Part shown: positions 12,277-24,780 of the stretch, piece by piece
How the letters are laid out: every line of letters starts with the position of its first letter
How positions within the stretch are numbered: the first letter of the stretch is position 1
Source of the DNA: Ophelia neglecta
Taxonomy: Eukaryota
Assembly (NCBI GenBank): GCA_965285935.1
Contig: OZ260667.1
Coordinates: forward strand, 32,426,001 to 32,490,000
Length of the DNA: 64,000 nt
Direction: 5' to 3'
The notes under the pieces: model-generated
The model's database searches: none
What the model saw: only the letters and a program-made list of their open reading frames with translations
Told to the model about the DNA's origin: nothing
Position numbers and translations under genes: made by a program

Positions 12277-15200
12277 ATGTCTCTCCAAACCTTTTCGCGG
12301 ATATTCTTTCTGTGTTTATTTTTTAGCAGCGCGCTAGGTGAGTCATGCTATCATTCTGTACTTAGAGGGTGTTAATTTTTCCTGATTTATTTGTATTTAT
12401 TAATAATATATATGTCCCTGAACAGTACCTGCACTAATCAAGAAACACATAACGATCGATGCACGTGTAGTTGCATACACACAAGTATAAATTATGTACC
12501 TAAAGATAAAGATATTTTATTTTCAATACTGTAATTAAAATCTCGATCTCAGACGAATAGCAAAAAAAAAAAGTTTAAATATAGAGAGCATATTACAGAA
12601 AGGGATGATAGCCTGTTTGTTTCGTTCCGGCAGGCCAAGACCCTTCTGAGAATGCCATCCCAGACTTGGGGGGAGAAAACGGTGGTGGCAACGAAAAGAT
12701 GAACGACCGTGCGTAATTTTTGTATAATAATATACTTAAACATAATCATAATTATTGTCATCATAACCAATGCAGCCGACATCACAGGCCTTTAATTATA
12801 TTTGATGTACATGTACATACAAAAAGGCCCATGTCGTAACATGTTGAAAGATTGGTCATACTTATCAACGTGTGTAATGATGAAATAAGCACTTCGTAAA
12901 CAGATTAGAGTGTTATATTGACAAGTGTATGAATAGCTCAAACTTCAAAATAGCTGTCTCCTGTTAGTTGGGCCCAATAAAATAATTTTATTATTGTAAA
13001 ATTGTGTTACATTAGAAGGACCCAACTAAGTACCAAAATATTAGCATGATAAAGCCAGTACTAAAAAGGAAACAATTAAAAAGAATCTGCTCATCCCCAT
13101 GCTGTCTGCAACCAGCAGAAATTGTCATTCGCACCCTCTCTTTCATTTCAAACTGAATATTTATTCCATTGGTAATATTGCCATATGTACACAACGTGTA
13201 AATAATAGATAGATATATATATATATACTTTAAACAAAAATGGAATACTGCAGCTTTAAACTTTCCCTCTTGACGGCGACAGTACCTAGCAGCACCTCCG
13301 ATGACCCGTGTACCGGCATTCCGGCGGCACTCCGAAGCGAAAAAGGGAGCTTCCACTCTCCAGGCTTTATCGCCGGCGGATATCCCAACAACGCAAACTG
13401 CCAGTGGCTCATCGTAGTCCCGTCAGGACAGGTAGGTCTACAAGATTTCATCTGACTTAAAGCCCCGCCCTAATTAAACCCTCCCTCACGTGCACACCCC
13501 GTCCCATTTTGGTCCCGACTTTCGGAGACAGGTTGGTTATTGGACAGAGGGGAGTGGTGGAGGGTGAGGGATGTGATGTAATTACCTTGTTTTCCATTCA
13601 TCTACATACGTATTTTAACCATAGCGGGACAATTTAGTATTTGATCAAGAACATAAAGTTAAATACCAGCTTAAATTAATGTTGTCTTTATGATTAATTT
13701 AGTAATTTTTAAAACATTCAATTTTGGTGTTGTATAATTATTACATATCAAAAATTGCTAATACATGTACTATTTATTAGTATGCTAATATAAGCATCCA
13801 AATTCGTCATAATGATTTCGACTTTTGTTTTCTAATTGTGGTGTGATAATTTTATTTGTATAGTGCTACCAATATGTCATTATGAAATGTAGCCCACTAG
13901 GTTAAGTATTTATTAGCCTAATATTTAAAAAAAACTATCGTCGGTTTTTCAGGCCCAGTTGTATTTCCGAGAGTTGTTTTTGGAGGCGGGAGCCGGGTGT
14001 CTGTTTGATCACGTGAGGGTTCATGACGGACCCTCAATCAGTGACAGGCAGATAGGACGCTTCTGTGGTACCAGCCTACCGGGTAGCTGTTACTATTATG
14101 TATCAACATCATTCGTATGATCCTACTATATCGTTAATCGTCGGCGGGATTAGGCATGTTAGGATGTTGTGCATGTATTAAATACAAGCACTACGTCCTA
14201 ACATGTCTCATTTTGTGTTTCAAATCTCAAATATAACTCCCCTTTGCCAACATAGCCTCTAACATACATTTGCGAATTAATAATAGTAAAAATTATATAC
14301 ATTACAGAGATTACAATAGAATACATTCCATTGATATACTGGTCAACTTCTTATCAAAATGTAACAACAGAAAATCAAAACACAAACGTTCGATGACATT
14401 GAAATACAGGAGTGGACATCCCACAGACAAAGCAAAGCATGGACCAAGAACAGTTAATTAAATCGGCAGGAATCTTCAGCTGCTGGCACACAATTCAATC
14501 AATACTTCCCAATTGGATAGGTCTATAAGCTTGTAACGAAATGAATAAGAACAACATTGAGATTGTTATCACTTGCAAAAGAGTAGGTGAAAAGAATTGC
14601 CTTATAAAAATAACAACACCTTTTTATAGCTAGTCCTGTTTTATCTGATTCGTTTTGTTTCAGGTCCTATCGTCGGGTCAACAAACACCCTATCTGTCGT
14701 CTTCTCAACCGACTTCATCGTTTCAAATCGTGGCTTTAATGCATCTTACGCCAGTTCAGGTGAGCATGGAGACCACTTATAATCTGCTCTTAAAAAGTTC
14801 CTTCCAAACAGATTTTTAAAGGTGTCAACATTATAAAAGCGGTTTCTAGTTTTTCATGAAATCGCTACAGTCCAACAGAATATGTTGGATGGTGATCTTG
14901 CACTGGCAGCGGTCACAAAATGTTGAGTCCTCTCTCGTTAGAAGATAAGGGTGTGTAAAATGAGCGTGACCAAGCCGCAGTCTAGATATGATTAATTCGT
15001 CTCTTCGGGAGGCGAGTGGCTGTCTAAAACATATTAGTATTGTGGGGCAGATCGCGTGTAATATGTATTCCTTGGACTGACCCCAGAATATCTGCAATAG
15101 GTTCCAACCATACTCCTTGATTTTGCTTTTATAGCCAGAGAATGGAATTTGTTGAGGAAGATTGCATCCCATGGCTCTTGCCCATTTATCTTCAGCCCCG

Positions 15201-18200
15201 TTGCCTACATGGCTCGGCACCCATAGAAGGACAATGTTTTTTGTTAATTGTCTCTCCTCTGGAGAGAAACAAAGGATTTGACCAGTTGAACGCATCATTT
15301 TATAACGTCGGTGTGATTATCAAGAATAGCTACAGTGGATGTTCACTGACTCTCAAAACAAGGATAACCCAGAAAGAAGTTATTTTTTTTCTCTCCATAT
15401 TTCAGGTTATTGTATCCATTGGAACAAGACCCTTATATTCGTTTTCTTTTTCGATAGATTTGGTAGGCCCTCCAGTTGACGCGTGCGCCGGACCAAGAGC
15501 GATAATGCGGGGAAGCCGAGGAGCGTTCATCTCTCCAGGATACCTTGATGGCTCGTACCCAAACAACGCCGCCTGTGTCTGGACATTGACAGTACAACAA
15601 GGGAGGGTAAGAATCATTTCCCGAGTCCCAATCTTCAAAAACCCACTCGATCTATTCTGTTCTTTCTTCAACCTGCATTTTTGGTCGTCAGCATTTCCCA
15701 TTTAAAGGGAGATGGGCCAAGTTACTTTAAATATATATATTTATTCAAGTTTGTACTTTTTAATGCTTTGTCATTTCAACAGTGAACCAAGAATTCATTA
15801 GGGAATCATTGTTGGAATCCTGACCCTCTATCCTTATGAACAAAAAGTAATGGAAAGTAATGTCTCGGTTTTTTTAATGTCTCCAGTTATCGCCCGATTA
15901 TTACATTTTTTTCACTATTTCTGCCGTGTTTCATTACGAATCAAACGGTTCAAAATTTGTCACGGTAATGACAGACTCTCCCTTTTTCTACTAGAATGTC
16001 TCGCTCGTAATTTAGGCAATAAACTATGCCAACTTTTCACTACTGTTTTCCGGAAGTCGTCAAGGTTTTCTCCCAAGTATCCAATAAATTCAATCTCAAT
16101 ATTGTAATATATGCATGTATATTTGCGTGAACCTCCATATTTGAAATCTCTCAGTATGCCAGACCGAAAACTATAAGAACCTGCAATGGCTTTCCAACGG
16201 ACGAGGCTTTTTCGATCCTTCTTGTACCTACCCCGAGCACCTTCCACACCTTCTGATTAAATGCAAGAACCGGAAAAGTTCTAAACAGTCGACGAATTTC
16301 AACACCAGGCCTGTACCCCCTATAGACAAAACCTACGAGTTCATACTGAAACTCCGATCGGCTGCTGCAGCGGTTAATTAGTTTGAATCAGCATTATTTA
16401 AAACTCTGTCTCAACGGGTAGGCCTACCGTATAAATATCTGATATTCACGGTTTTTGACGTACTTAGCCTACCAGATAAGCGCCTATGGTACGCTATATG
16501 ATACGCCCTGTGTCATATATTTCTTAGGTTTTAGCAATATAAAGGTGGCACGTTGTTAAAAGTAAGAAAAAAAATAAATATAAAGCAATGATACATCAGT
16601 TGCCAGAACGCCTTTTGGTTCAGCAAAGACCAATTATTTTTAATTGAAAATGTTTGTAATGATGGCCTTTCATATTATTGACTATAGCATTGATATTGGG
16701 ATATACCAATGATTCCGCTTTTATGTATACACGAAATCAGCCTTCAAAAAGCTTTAGAAGGACAATGCTACTTCCTTGAGGATTTTGTTAATGGTGTTTC
16801 GGCTGAATGGACTGGATGGCATAGTCTAGAGCAATATCGATGGTAGTAAGTTGTGCTGTATATAGATACATAGGATGAGAACTCACTTTGATTGTCATCT
16901 CTTTCTTCAGATCCGTTTAAAGTTCACTGATTTTGACGTTGAGGGGGTTGGAGCCAATGGAGGCTGTGTGGACACAGTCATTGTCCGAGACGGTAGCACG
17001 CTCACCAGCATCAGGCTAGGTTTGTATATTCCTTCATATTCATTTGTTGTGGTATCTGTTATTTAGTTGATTGTTTCCATATGACTTTACAAATACATAT
17101 CGTCCACATATATAACATAGGAACAGCCTGCGGTACTGGAATGCCCAATGAAGTAATCTCCTCTTCCAACTCGCTGACTGTCACATTTTCCACCAACACG
17201 GCGGTGGCACTCAGAGGTTTCCGCGCTGAGTATCAACAAGTCTCTCAGACAGGTCAGAAGGCTGAACAGTCCAGCTAGAAAGGGCTAATGAAATAAATGT
17301 AGATCATTGTCATTAGTGCTTTAACAAATAAATGTTTACCGATAACCGCGTAGTAGGAACTGGACATTAACATTCATTACTTGTCCTGTAAACAAAGTTC
17401 TCATTTGCGGCCATATTTCCAGAGGTAGGCAGTGGGTTTTTAGGTTGTAACGGACAGATATTCAGTCTGTCCCGAGTGAGTGGCCTCTTCACTTCCCCCG
17501 GGTACTTTTTCGGCTCCTACCCAAATTCTGCAACATGCAGATACCAGATCACCCTTCCACAGGGACGGGTAGGTAAAGCTTTAAACTCCAACGTTAAGAT
17601 TTTGTATACTACTCTATATTTACTTGATTTGAACAGTCAAGAGATTAATCGGGTGACTCTGCTCAGCCATGGACTATGCCTACCATAGAAATTGCAGGGG
17701 AATTCACTTTGAATTCACTAAGGGCTATTACATATAGGTTGGGGTTCAGTTTTTGACTTTCAACATGGAAGAGAGTGAAGGTTGTACGAATGACTGGATG
17801 ACCGTTTTTGATGGACCCAACCCAATCCCCGCCACCCAGCTAGGCCGATTTTGTGGTACCAACATCCCTGCACAGGGCATCATGGCCTCATCGGGAACGC
17901 TCTTCATCCAGTTCAGCTCCAACGCCGCCACCAGTGCTACTGGATTTGCTGCTATATATCTAACATTGGGTAGGTATTTGATAAACTAAACATTGATTTT
18001 AACAGAAACAGATATTGTTGGATTAAAGATGTTTTGCACCTTCGAACTAATAATAGAATGTTGAATTTACCGTACAGTAAATGAGGTTTTTTATTTGTAT
18101 AGCCGGATCTGCCACTGGCATACCACCAGGTCCGGTGCCCACACTGCCTTCAGTGGGAACCCCAGGAACAACAGTATCAGAGCAATCAACAACTACGCCT

Positions 18201-20040
18201 GTCCCGACAGATGGCACTCAACCACGTCAGTTCATAACCCATTACGTTGTTTTGCTTCCCTTCTGCTTTTAACCATGATAATCAGGTTAAAATTAGACAT
18301 GTTAATAAAGGGGTTTGGCTGTCGTATAAAAATTATATGTTTGCAAGGAGAATTTGATCTATAATGATGCTGAACCATCAATATCCTATAAAATGTTGTC
18401 GCGATGAAATGAAAGATAAATAACCGTTTACCTTGTTTTAACTGCTTCTAGCGCCAGTGGTGGAGATGATTAACAGAGGTAAAGTAAACCTTCTAGTTTT
18501 TATTTATTTGGTCTTGTTGTATGCAAAGGGAATTAATAAAACTATAATGTGTGTGATATTCTAGTAGCTTTTGTTTTTGACATCGTGTGCAATGTCCACC
18601 CTTGAAGTCTGCTTTCATTCCTTTTTCTCCTTCTTCCAGTGCCCATTGTATACACATTCCTATAACTATGTACATTCATGTATCTTGATTACTGTGCTAT
18701 AGCCAACAAGTCTACCCCTGTCTAATCTGTGGTCGGGATCCCGGTCTCTCTATCATCCCCATTTAAACGGTTATAACGTCAAGATTGTTGTTTCTTTGTT
18801 GATTGTGGTTCTTATTGACTCCATGCACTCAGTGTGCTTCTGTCATTTGTACACGCGAAATAATTGGGACATCCTAAAATATTATTATTTATTTAACTGG
18901 AAATGGATTTAGAAATGATTTAGTTTCATAATTTAAACATGCGTGTGATTTTTGTATGATAAGGAGTGAAAGAGACCTGTCTGCTGGCTCACAACCGTGT
19001 GAGGGCGCTTCACCAGGACACTGGACCGCTGATGTACGATGATACTCTGGCTGAGGGCGCTGCCCAGTGGGCCCAACATCTGGCTGAAAACGAGCTGTTT
19101 GAACACTCCAACACAGGCCTCGGAGAAAACCTCTTCTTCGGCTCCATCTCCTTCCGGGACTTTACCTTCAGCCCTGGCCAGGCCGTCTTTCAATGGTAAG
19201 CAAAGCGGACTGTCATCCTGAGGGTGGTCCAATGGTTTAATATACATTGATATTCATTATCAATATCATCTTTAAACTTGTGCTGTGGTTCGTTCAAATA
19301 TATATATCTTTAAGGAAAAGAGCAGTCTACCAGTAGTCTATTTGTTATTGGTTTTATTGAACAACAGGTACAGTGAGTTCAAAGACTACAACTTTGATAC
19401 GGCATCCTCCAATACCGGCGAGTTCATGGATGTAGGGCATTTTACTCAGGTAAAATAAAATTGAAGTTTGTTCAGATCACAACTAGGTATTATCCTATTC
19501 ACTGTATCTATGAAATTGAACACATTACCACATTATTGACAATGTTTGCATGCGGTGATCTTGGTTCATTAATAATTAATTAGAAAGACCATAGAGTATT
19601 AAACACTGTCTGGGCTTTTTTACAAACATTTTTCTCAGACAGAATAATATCGTCAAAGCCTATCACCACTTTTTGTAATTAATACATAGATACCAACGAG
19701 CATTTAAAAAAGGGTTCGTTTATTTGAAGGTGGTTTGGCGTAACACCCTAAGGCTTGGCTGTGGAGTTGCCACGGTTTTCAGGAATGGCCAGCAGAACAC
19801 TTACATCGTAGCCAGGTACTCCCCTCCCGGGAACTTCCTCGGTCTCTTCGCAATCAACATCCTCCCTTTCCGAGATGCAGGTGAGTTGGGCAGCTTTTCT
19901 CACTTTGAAAATCCTTCGAGTTATAACGAACCAGATGTTTAGATATTATGGAAACTTCTGACCGATTTTAATGACACTGAGTTTTCTTCCTCATCTTTTC
20001 AGCCCAACCACCAACTTCATTCCTGGAACTGACTGCTTAA
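12277..20040 (+). CDS. Secreted protein: signal peptide, three CUB domains, Pro/Thr-rich linker, CAP (SCP/PR-1/GAPR-1-like) domain, ~643 aa
   Basis: 16 exons splice into one frame: 12277-12337 (MSLQTFSRIFFLCLFFSSAL), 12634-12708, 13283-13431, 13953-14082, 14664-14759, 15458-15606, 16911-17019, 17121-17252, 17423-17568, 17738-17969, 18103-18225, 18452-18478, 18964-19195, 19368-19449, 19730-19880, 20003-20040. CUB motifs SPG..YPNN..C.W, GRFCG and GF.A.Y occur (with variants) three times. CAP motifs: HN.VR, GENL, WYSE, GHFTQVVW, VARYSPPGN. Confidence 0.9.
14790..15420 (-). mobile_element. 5'-truncated I/R1-group non-LTR retrotransposon fragment (RNase H end plus CCHC knuckle) in an intron
   Basis: ORF 14846-15298 contains WVPSHVG, RLRLGH..TH.YLL and CDRC..ITIQHILLDC, typical of RNase H-bearing LINE ORF2 C-termini. 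Confidence 0.85.
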
Positions 20041-20531
20041 GTCAACAAGTGATGTCAGCGTACGTCAGTCAGTGATGTTGTGAAGCATCTGAGTCAATGT
20101 TCCAACAAAAACAAGTCCGTTAAAAATTCTGAATAACTGCTAACGGTTAAGTTAATTTTCACATTTAGATGGAAATTTGACAGACCATTTCATTCAATTT
20201 TAATTTCTTTTTCGAATATTCGTTTTCAACACCGCATGCGTATTACATGCTACAATAGCCCATTTTAGGTTGCTGACTAACACCAGGACGGGAGTGTTAG
20301 AATGGGGGTTGGAGGGGGTGGGGGAGGGGGTATTCTTACTGTACAATGTCGATATACAAAATTTGTCGGCAAAAAAGGCTGGCCGTTAGATATTAGGGTA
20401 ATGATAAAATTAGCGATAGAGGTAGCCAAACTCTCTGATATACATATCTACTCTGGTACTGAAAAGCCTAGCGGAATGTGACATTAACTGGTTATGCATA
20501 ACTCTATGGCACGCCATACATACTAACTATA

Positions 20532-20662
20532 TTTCTTATTTTGCATGTCCGTCACTTAGAAGTTCATTTGTAAATTGAACAAGACCCAACGCATGTTTGT
20601 GTTGAAATGGTTATATATTGAATATAACATTAGGCAATTTACAAAGGTGGGGGAAAACCCAC
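20532..20662. repeat. Split direct repeat B2 (131 bp), 3' terminus of the YR retroelement
   Basis: No differences found by eye versus 21037-21167. Confidence 0.95.
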
Positions 20663-20736
20663 AACAATACATAATATATATAATATATATAATATATAGG
20701 TACTGATGGATGATGACGGGGGTAGGTGGGAGGGTG

Positions 20737-21039
20737 TTTCCAAACACACCTATCTGGTAAGAGTGAAGCTCGCTGAAAGGCAGATAGTCTGTAGAACAGG
20801 CCAGTCTTGATCCGCATGGCTGCTTTTGGGCTGGCCTATTATCCGGTCAATGGCTTTGCCACCTTCACCCCTTTGGCACAATAGTTTAGTCTGCATAGCT
20901 AATTACCTTAAGGCTGGCTTGTACCAGTAAAATGTAGCATAGAATGGCATGTGTGTACAATAGGTAATATAACTGTTATCGAAACAAAATACTCCCATGA
21001 AAACAAGAAATGCATTTATTGTTACAATAAATTTGTTTT
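20737..21039. repeat. Split direct repeat A2 (303 bp)
   Basis: No differences found by eye versus 28155-28457. Confidence 0.95.
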
Positions 21040-21167
21040 CTTATTTTGCATGTCCGTCACTTAGAAGTTCATTTGTAAATTGAACAAGACCCAACGCATG
21101 TTTGTGTTGAAATGGTTATATATTGAATATAACATTAGGCAATTTACAAAGGTGGGGGAAAACCCAC
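21037..21167. repeat. Split direct repeat B1 (131 bp)
   Basis: Direct repeat of 20532-20662. Overlaps A2 by TTT (21037-21039). Confidence 0.95.
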
Positions 21168-21364
21168 CGCTACTCCCGAAGAGTAGCCCCCCACCCAAGA
21201 AGTGACGGACAGACAATTGCTAACTTTGATATCCTAGATATATATACGCCTATCACCTATAATTAAATTGACTGTTAAATTGTATATAGTGCTGAAGACA
21301 CTCCATTAATGTTTGTATACAGTGCATTTTATGTGCCCTTGCTGTAACTTAACATTATTAATTA

Positions 21365-22985
21365 TGCATTACCATAACTTAAGGCACTTCAGAAATTCCA
21401 ATTATGTAACTCGCTACACCATAGCAGCGTCCCTTCTAACTTGGTGGTTCAAAATGAGTACAATGCGTTTACTAACGCCATTTATCTGAAATAACTATCT
21501 TTAGCCTACCCCTGATAGGCAAAAGAGATACGAGACCTGATGGTCTTCTCTAAATACATTCAGAAATTAATACTGCGCACAATAATATTCGCAGTGAGCT
21601 TGGTCTAATTAAAAGGATGATAAATTACAAATCCTAAATTGCTGTTACCCATACTCGGTGACAGTTTCCATCACAGCTACGTCAGGATTTTGCGCATTGC
21701 TCTGCGCTACATATCCCTAACATGTATATCCACTTATCCTTTATAATCATTTGATAAAACTTAAAACATTATGGATTATGAATTACCATAAATTTGGGCT
21801 TTTAAGAAATTATAAAACTCATCAGACAATAACATAGTCCATTCTAACTATCTGGTTAAACAATGTGTATATTGCGTTTACAAACGCCAATCATGTTAAT
21901 TAAGTATCTTTAGCCTACCCCTGATAGGCAAAAGAGATACGAGACGTGGTAACAATAAGCGTCTTCTCTAAATACATTCAGAAATTCATACTACACACAA
22001 TAATATTCACACAGTGAGCTTGGTCTAATAATAAAGGATGATAAATTACAAATCCTAAATTGCTGTTACCCATACTCGGTGACAGTTTCCATCACAGCTA
22101 CGTCAGGATTTTGCGCATTGCTCTGCGCTTCATATCCCTAACATGTATATCCACTTATCCTTTATAATCATTTGATAAAACTTAAAACATTATGGATTAT
22201 GAATTACCATAAATTTGGGCTTTTAAGAAATTATAAAACTCATCAGACAATAACATAGTCCATTCTAACTATCTGGTTAAACAATGTGTATATTGCGTTT
22301 ACAAACGCCAATCATGTTAATTAAGTATCTTTAGCCTACCCCTGATAGGCAAAAGAGATACGAGACGTGGTAACAATAAGCGTCTTCTCTAAATACATTC
22401 AGAAATTCATACTGCGCACAATAATATTCACACAGTGAGCTTGGTCTAATAATAAAGGATGATAAATTACAAATCCTAAATTGCTGTTACCCATACTCGG
22501 TGGCCATTTCTATCACCGCTACGTCAGGATTTTGCGCAATGCTCTGCGCTACATATCCCTAACGTGTATATCCACCTTTCCTTTATAATTATTTGATAAA
22601 AATTTAAACATTATGGATTATGCATTACCATAACTTAGGGCTTTTAAGAAATTATAAAACTCATCGGACAATAACATAGTCCATTCTAACTGTCTGGTTA
22701 AACAATGTGTATATTGCGTTTACAAACGCCAATTATGTGAATTAAGTACCTTTAGCCTACCCCTGATAGGCAAAAGAGGTACGAGACCTGGTAACTATGG
22801 GCATCTCCTCCGAATACGTTCAGGCATTAATAGTTCACACAATAATATTCGAAGTGAGCTTAGTCTAGTGCAAGATACATTATAGTATCGTAATTTGCTG
22901 TTACCCATATTTGGTGACGATTTCCATCGCAGCTATGTTAGGGTTTTAGCGTTGCTCGGCACTGCGTATCCCTTACATGCGCAGC
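21365..22985. repeat. Tandem array of ~421-bp units (about 4 copies) inside the YR element
   Basis: Landmark tagcctacccctgataggcaaaagag recurs near 21502, 21911, 22332 and 22753. Central copies are nearly identical, outer copies diverged, and a distant relative lies near 23722. Confidence 0.95.
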
Positions 22986-23822
22986 TGTTTATGATCTATT
23001 GAACAAGTTGTCATGGCTTACTGCTTACATCTCCAAAAAAAGACGATACGTGCATGTACAACCACTGAAAATGAAATGCTCCCACCAGCGGGGTTACCAG
23101 TTAATAAGGCACACAATAATACAACAGCGACATGCATTCAGACTTATGGAATATGTTAAGGACAACTTCGTTTGCTGCTGCAGATATTTAGGGACAATAT
23201 GTCTATCATACGATTGGTTAATTGATTGATTGTTTATTATAGTGGCATAGTGCATATATTTATAAGCATAAAAAGTAAACCCTAGACAAACAAATTACAC
23301 CCAGCCCTACTGGGCTTGTTAGTCACCTGCAAATATGGCATTTCGTAAAAGGAAAAAGGCAAAGTGCATGGCACGACCTAGCACAGCCTCCCAAAAACCC
23401 ATCTTTATGTAACGTGTTTACACTGGGCATAGTATACCATGTGCAGGAAAATCTAAGTACAATTTCTAAATTTTCGAGCATACTTTATACTTGTTTGGAA
23501 CGCCTATACTAAAATATTTTCAATATTAGTGTATACAAATTAAACATACTATCATGGTTATAACAGGCCAGATACATGTATATGGGTACAATATTTGGAT
23601 TAACACAACCCAGGCTATAAGAAATGGGTTAACATGCAAGATATAACGATATTAGGTTTATTGGAATAAAAAGTAAATTAAGCAAGTGTAGCTGCTTCAA
23701 TTTTTAACGCTAATGAGCCGTGCCTACCCCTGATAGGCCCGCTTTTAAAGATTTACTAGTCTTGTTGCTACCGATTGGTGATTAACCCCGGTATTAATTT
23801 CAATGCTTACAACAGGTGTATA

Positions 23823-24000
23823 CAGTGGAACCTGTGAATTAAGACCACCAATGGGACTGGAAAAAGCTGGTCTTATTTTGGAGGTTGTCTGTTAAGTCAT
23901 GTTATTAGACATACAAAGTATACAGCATGGTCCTCGTATTAGTGGTCTGAATTGACAAGTGGTCCGATTATAGAGGCGGTCTTTAAGGCATGTTTTACTG
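23823..24000. mobile_element. Tc1/mariner-pogo (Tigger-like) MITE nested in the YR element
   Basis: TA target duplication (23821-22, 24001-02). Imperfect TIRs cagtggaacctgtgaattaagaccacc / cagtaaaacatgccttaaagaccgcc. Confidence 0.8.
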
Positions 24001-24306
24001 TATATCTAAAAACTGAAAGCATCGATGCAATAGAGTCGACTTGCGATTTTTACCAAACCTGCATCATGCGTGCTGACACCTGTTGGGCATCTACAAGTAA
24101 GAGTATGACATAAGATGACATGGTGTATAAACCTAATCTATTTGTTACGTATGACATAGTGAAATGCGTAATATAAATTGGGTGACAATTTATGACAAGT
24201 GTGCAGAATTGAATAATAGGCACCCCAGGCGGCTAGCCCCTATTTGTGTGGAATCTTCGGGGGTATGGGCATGTCTACCCCAGATAGACCTTGACCCAAG
24301 TGTATA

Positions 24307-24780
24307 TTATAACCGTATGTATTTCTGAAATGCATTCGAATGCCACAGTCCCGTAGCTTGGATTTCTAGGTCGGGTTTCCCTTGTTTAACTGCGACCGAA
24401 GCATCTCATATTCGAACACTATGGCCCTTGTATAAATTGGGGCCGAGCCCGCCTGATTTAGGCAGGCACTTATGTTCTGTAAAGCAGTATCTAGACACTG
24501 GCTTGCCGTCTAGGCAGGTAAACAGCGGACCAGGGTAAGTTCCTCTCGCTTTAATACAAGACGTTAGTGCTGTTGTAGGACACATGCCTATCGTGGCCTT
24601 CTCTGATCGGCAATGTAACTGGTCTAGATGCAGTGGTCATTTGGGTAAGAGCGGGGAGGTTGTAGAGCTTATGGCAATATGAAATTGCTGCCCAATGAGA
24701 AGTTATTGTGGCGGGAGCTAAGCCCTGGTCAAATTTAGGACCTATGCATGAGCAGAGGACACTTGTAGGAATAGGAAAGG
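24307..24780 (-). pseudogene. Tyrosine recombinase remnant of the YR retrotransposon
   Basis: N-terminal core-binding motif GLAPATITSHWAAISYCHKL. Catalytic C-terminus PGPLF..DGKPVSR..YKGHSVRI*DAS..GLWHSNAFQKYIRL*. Middle deleted, in-frame stop. Confidence 0.88.

Noticed and set aside
15702-16560. Kolobok-like MITE starting ttaaaggga
   Set aside because: No matching right terminus or TTAA duplication found.
21500-22790. Hammerhead ribozyme in the 421-bp repeat (ctgatagg)
   Set aside because: Lacks the CTGATGA...GAAA core. Only a short gccta/taggc hairpin is present.
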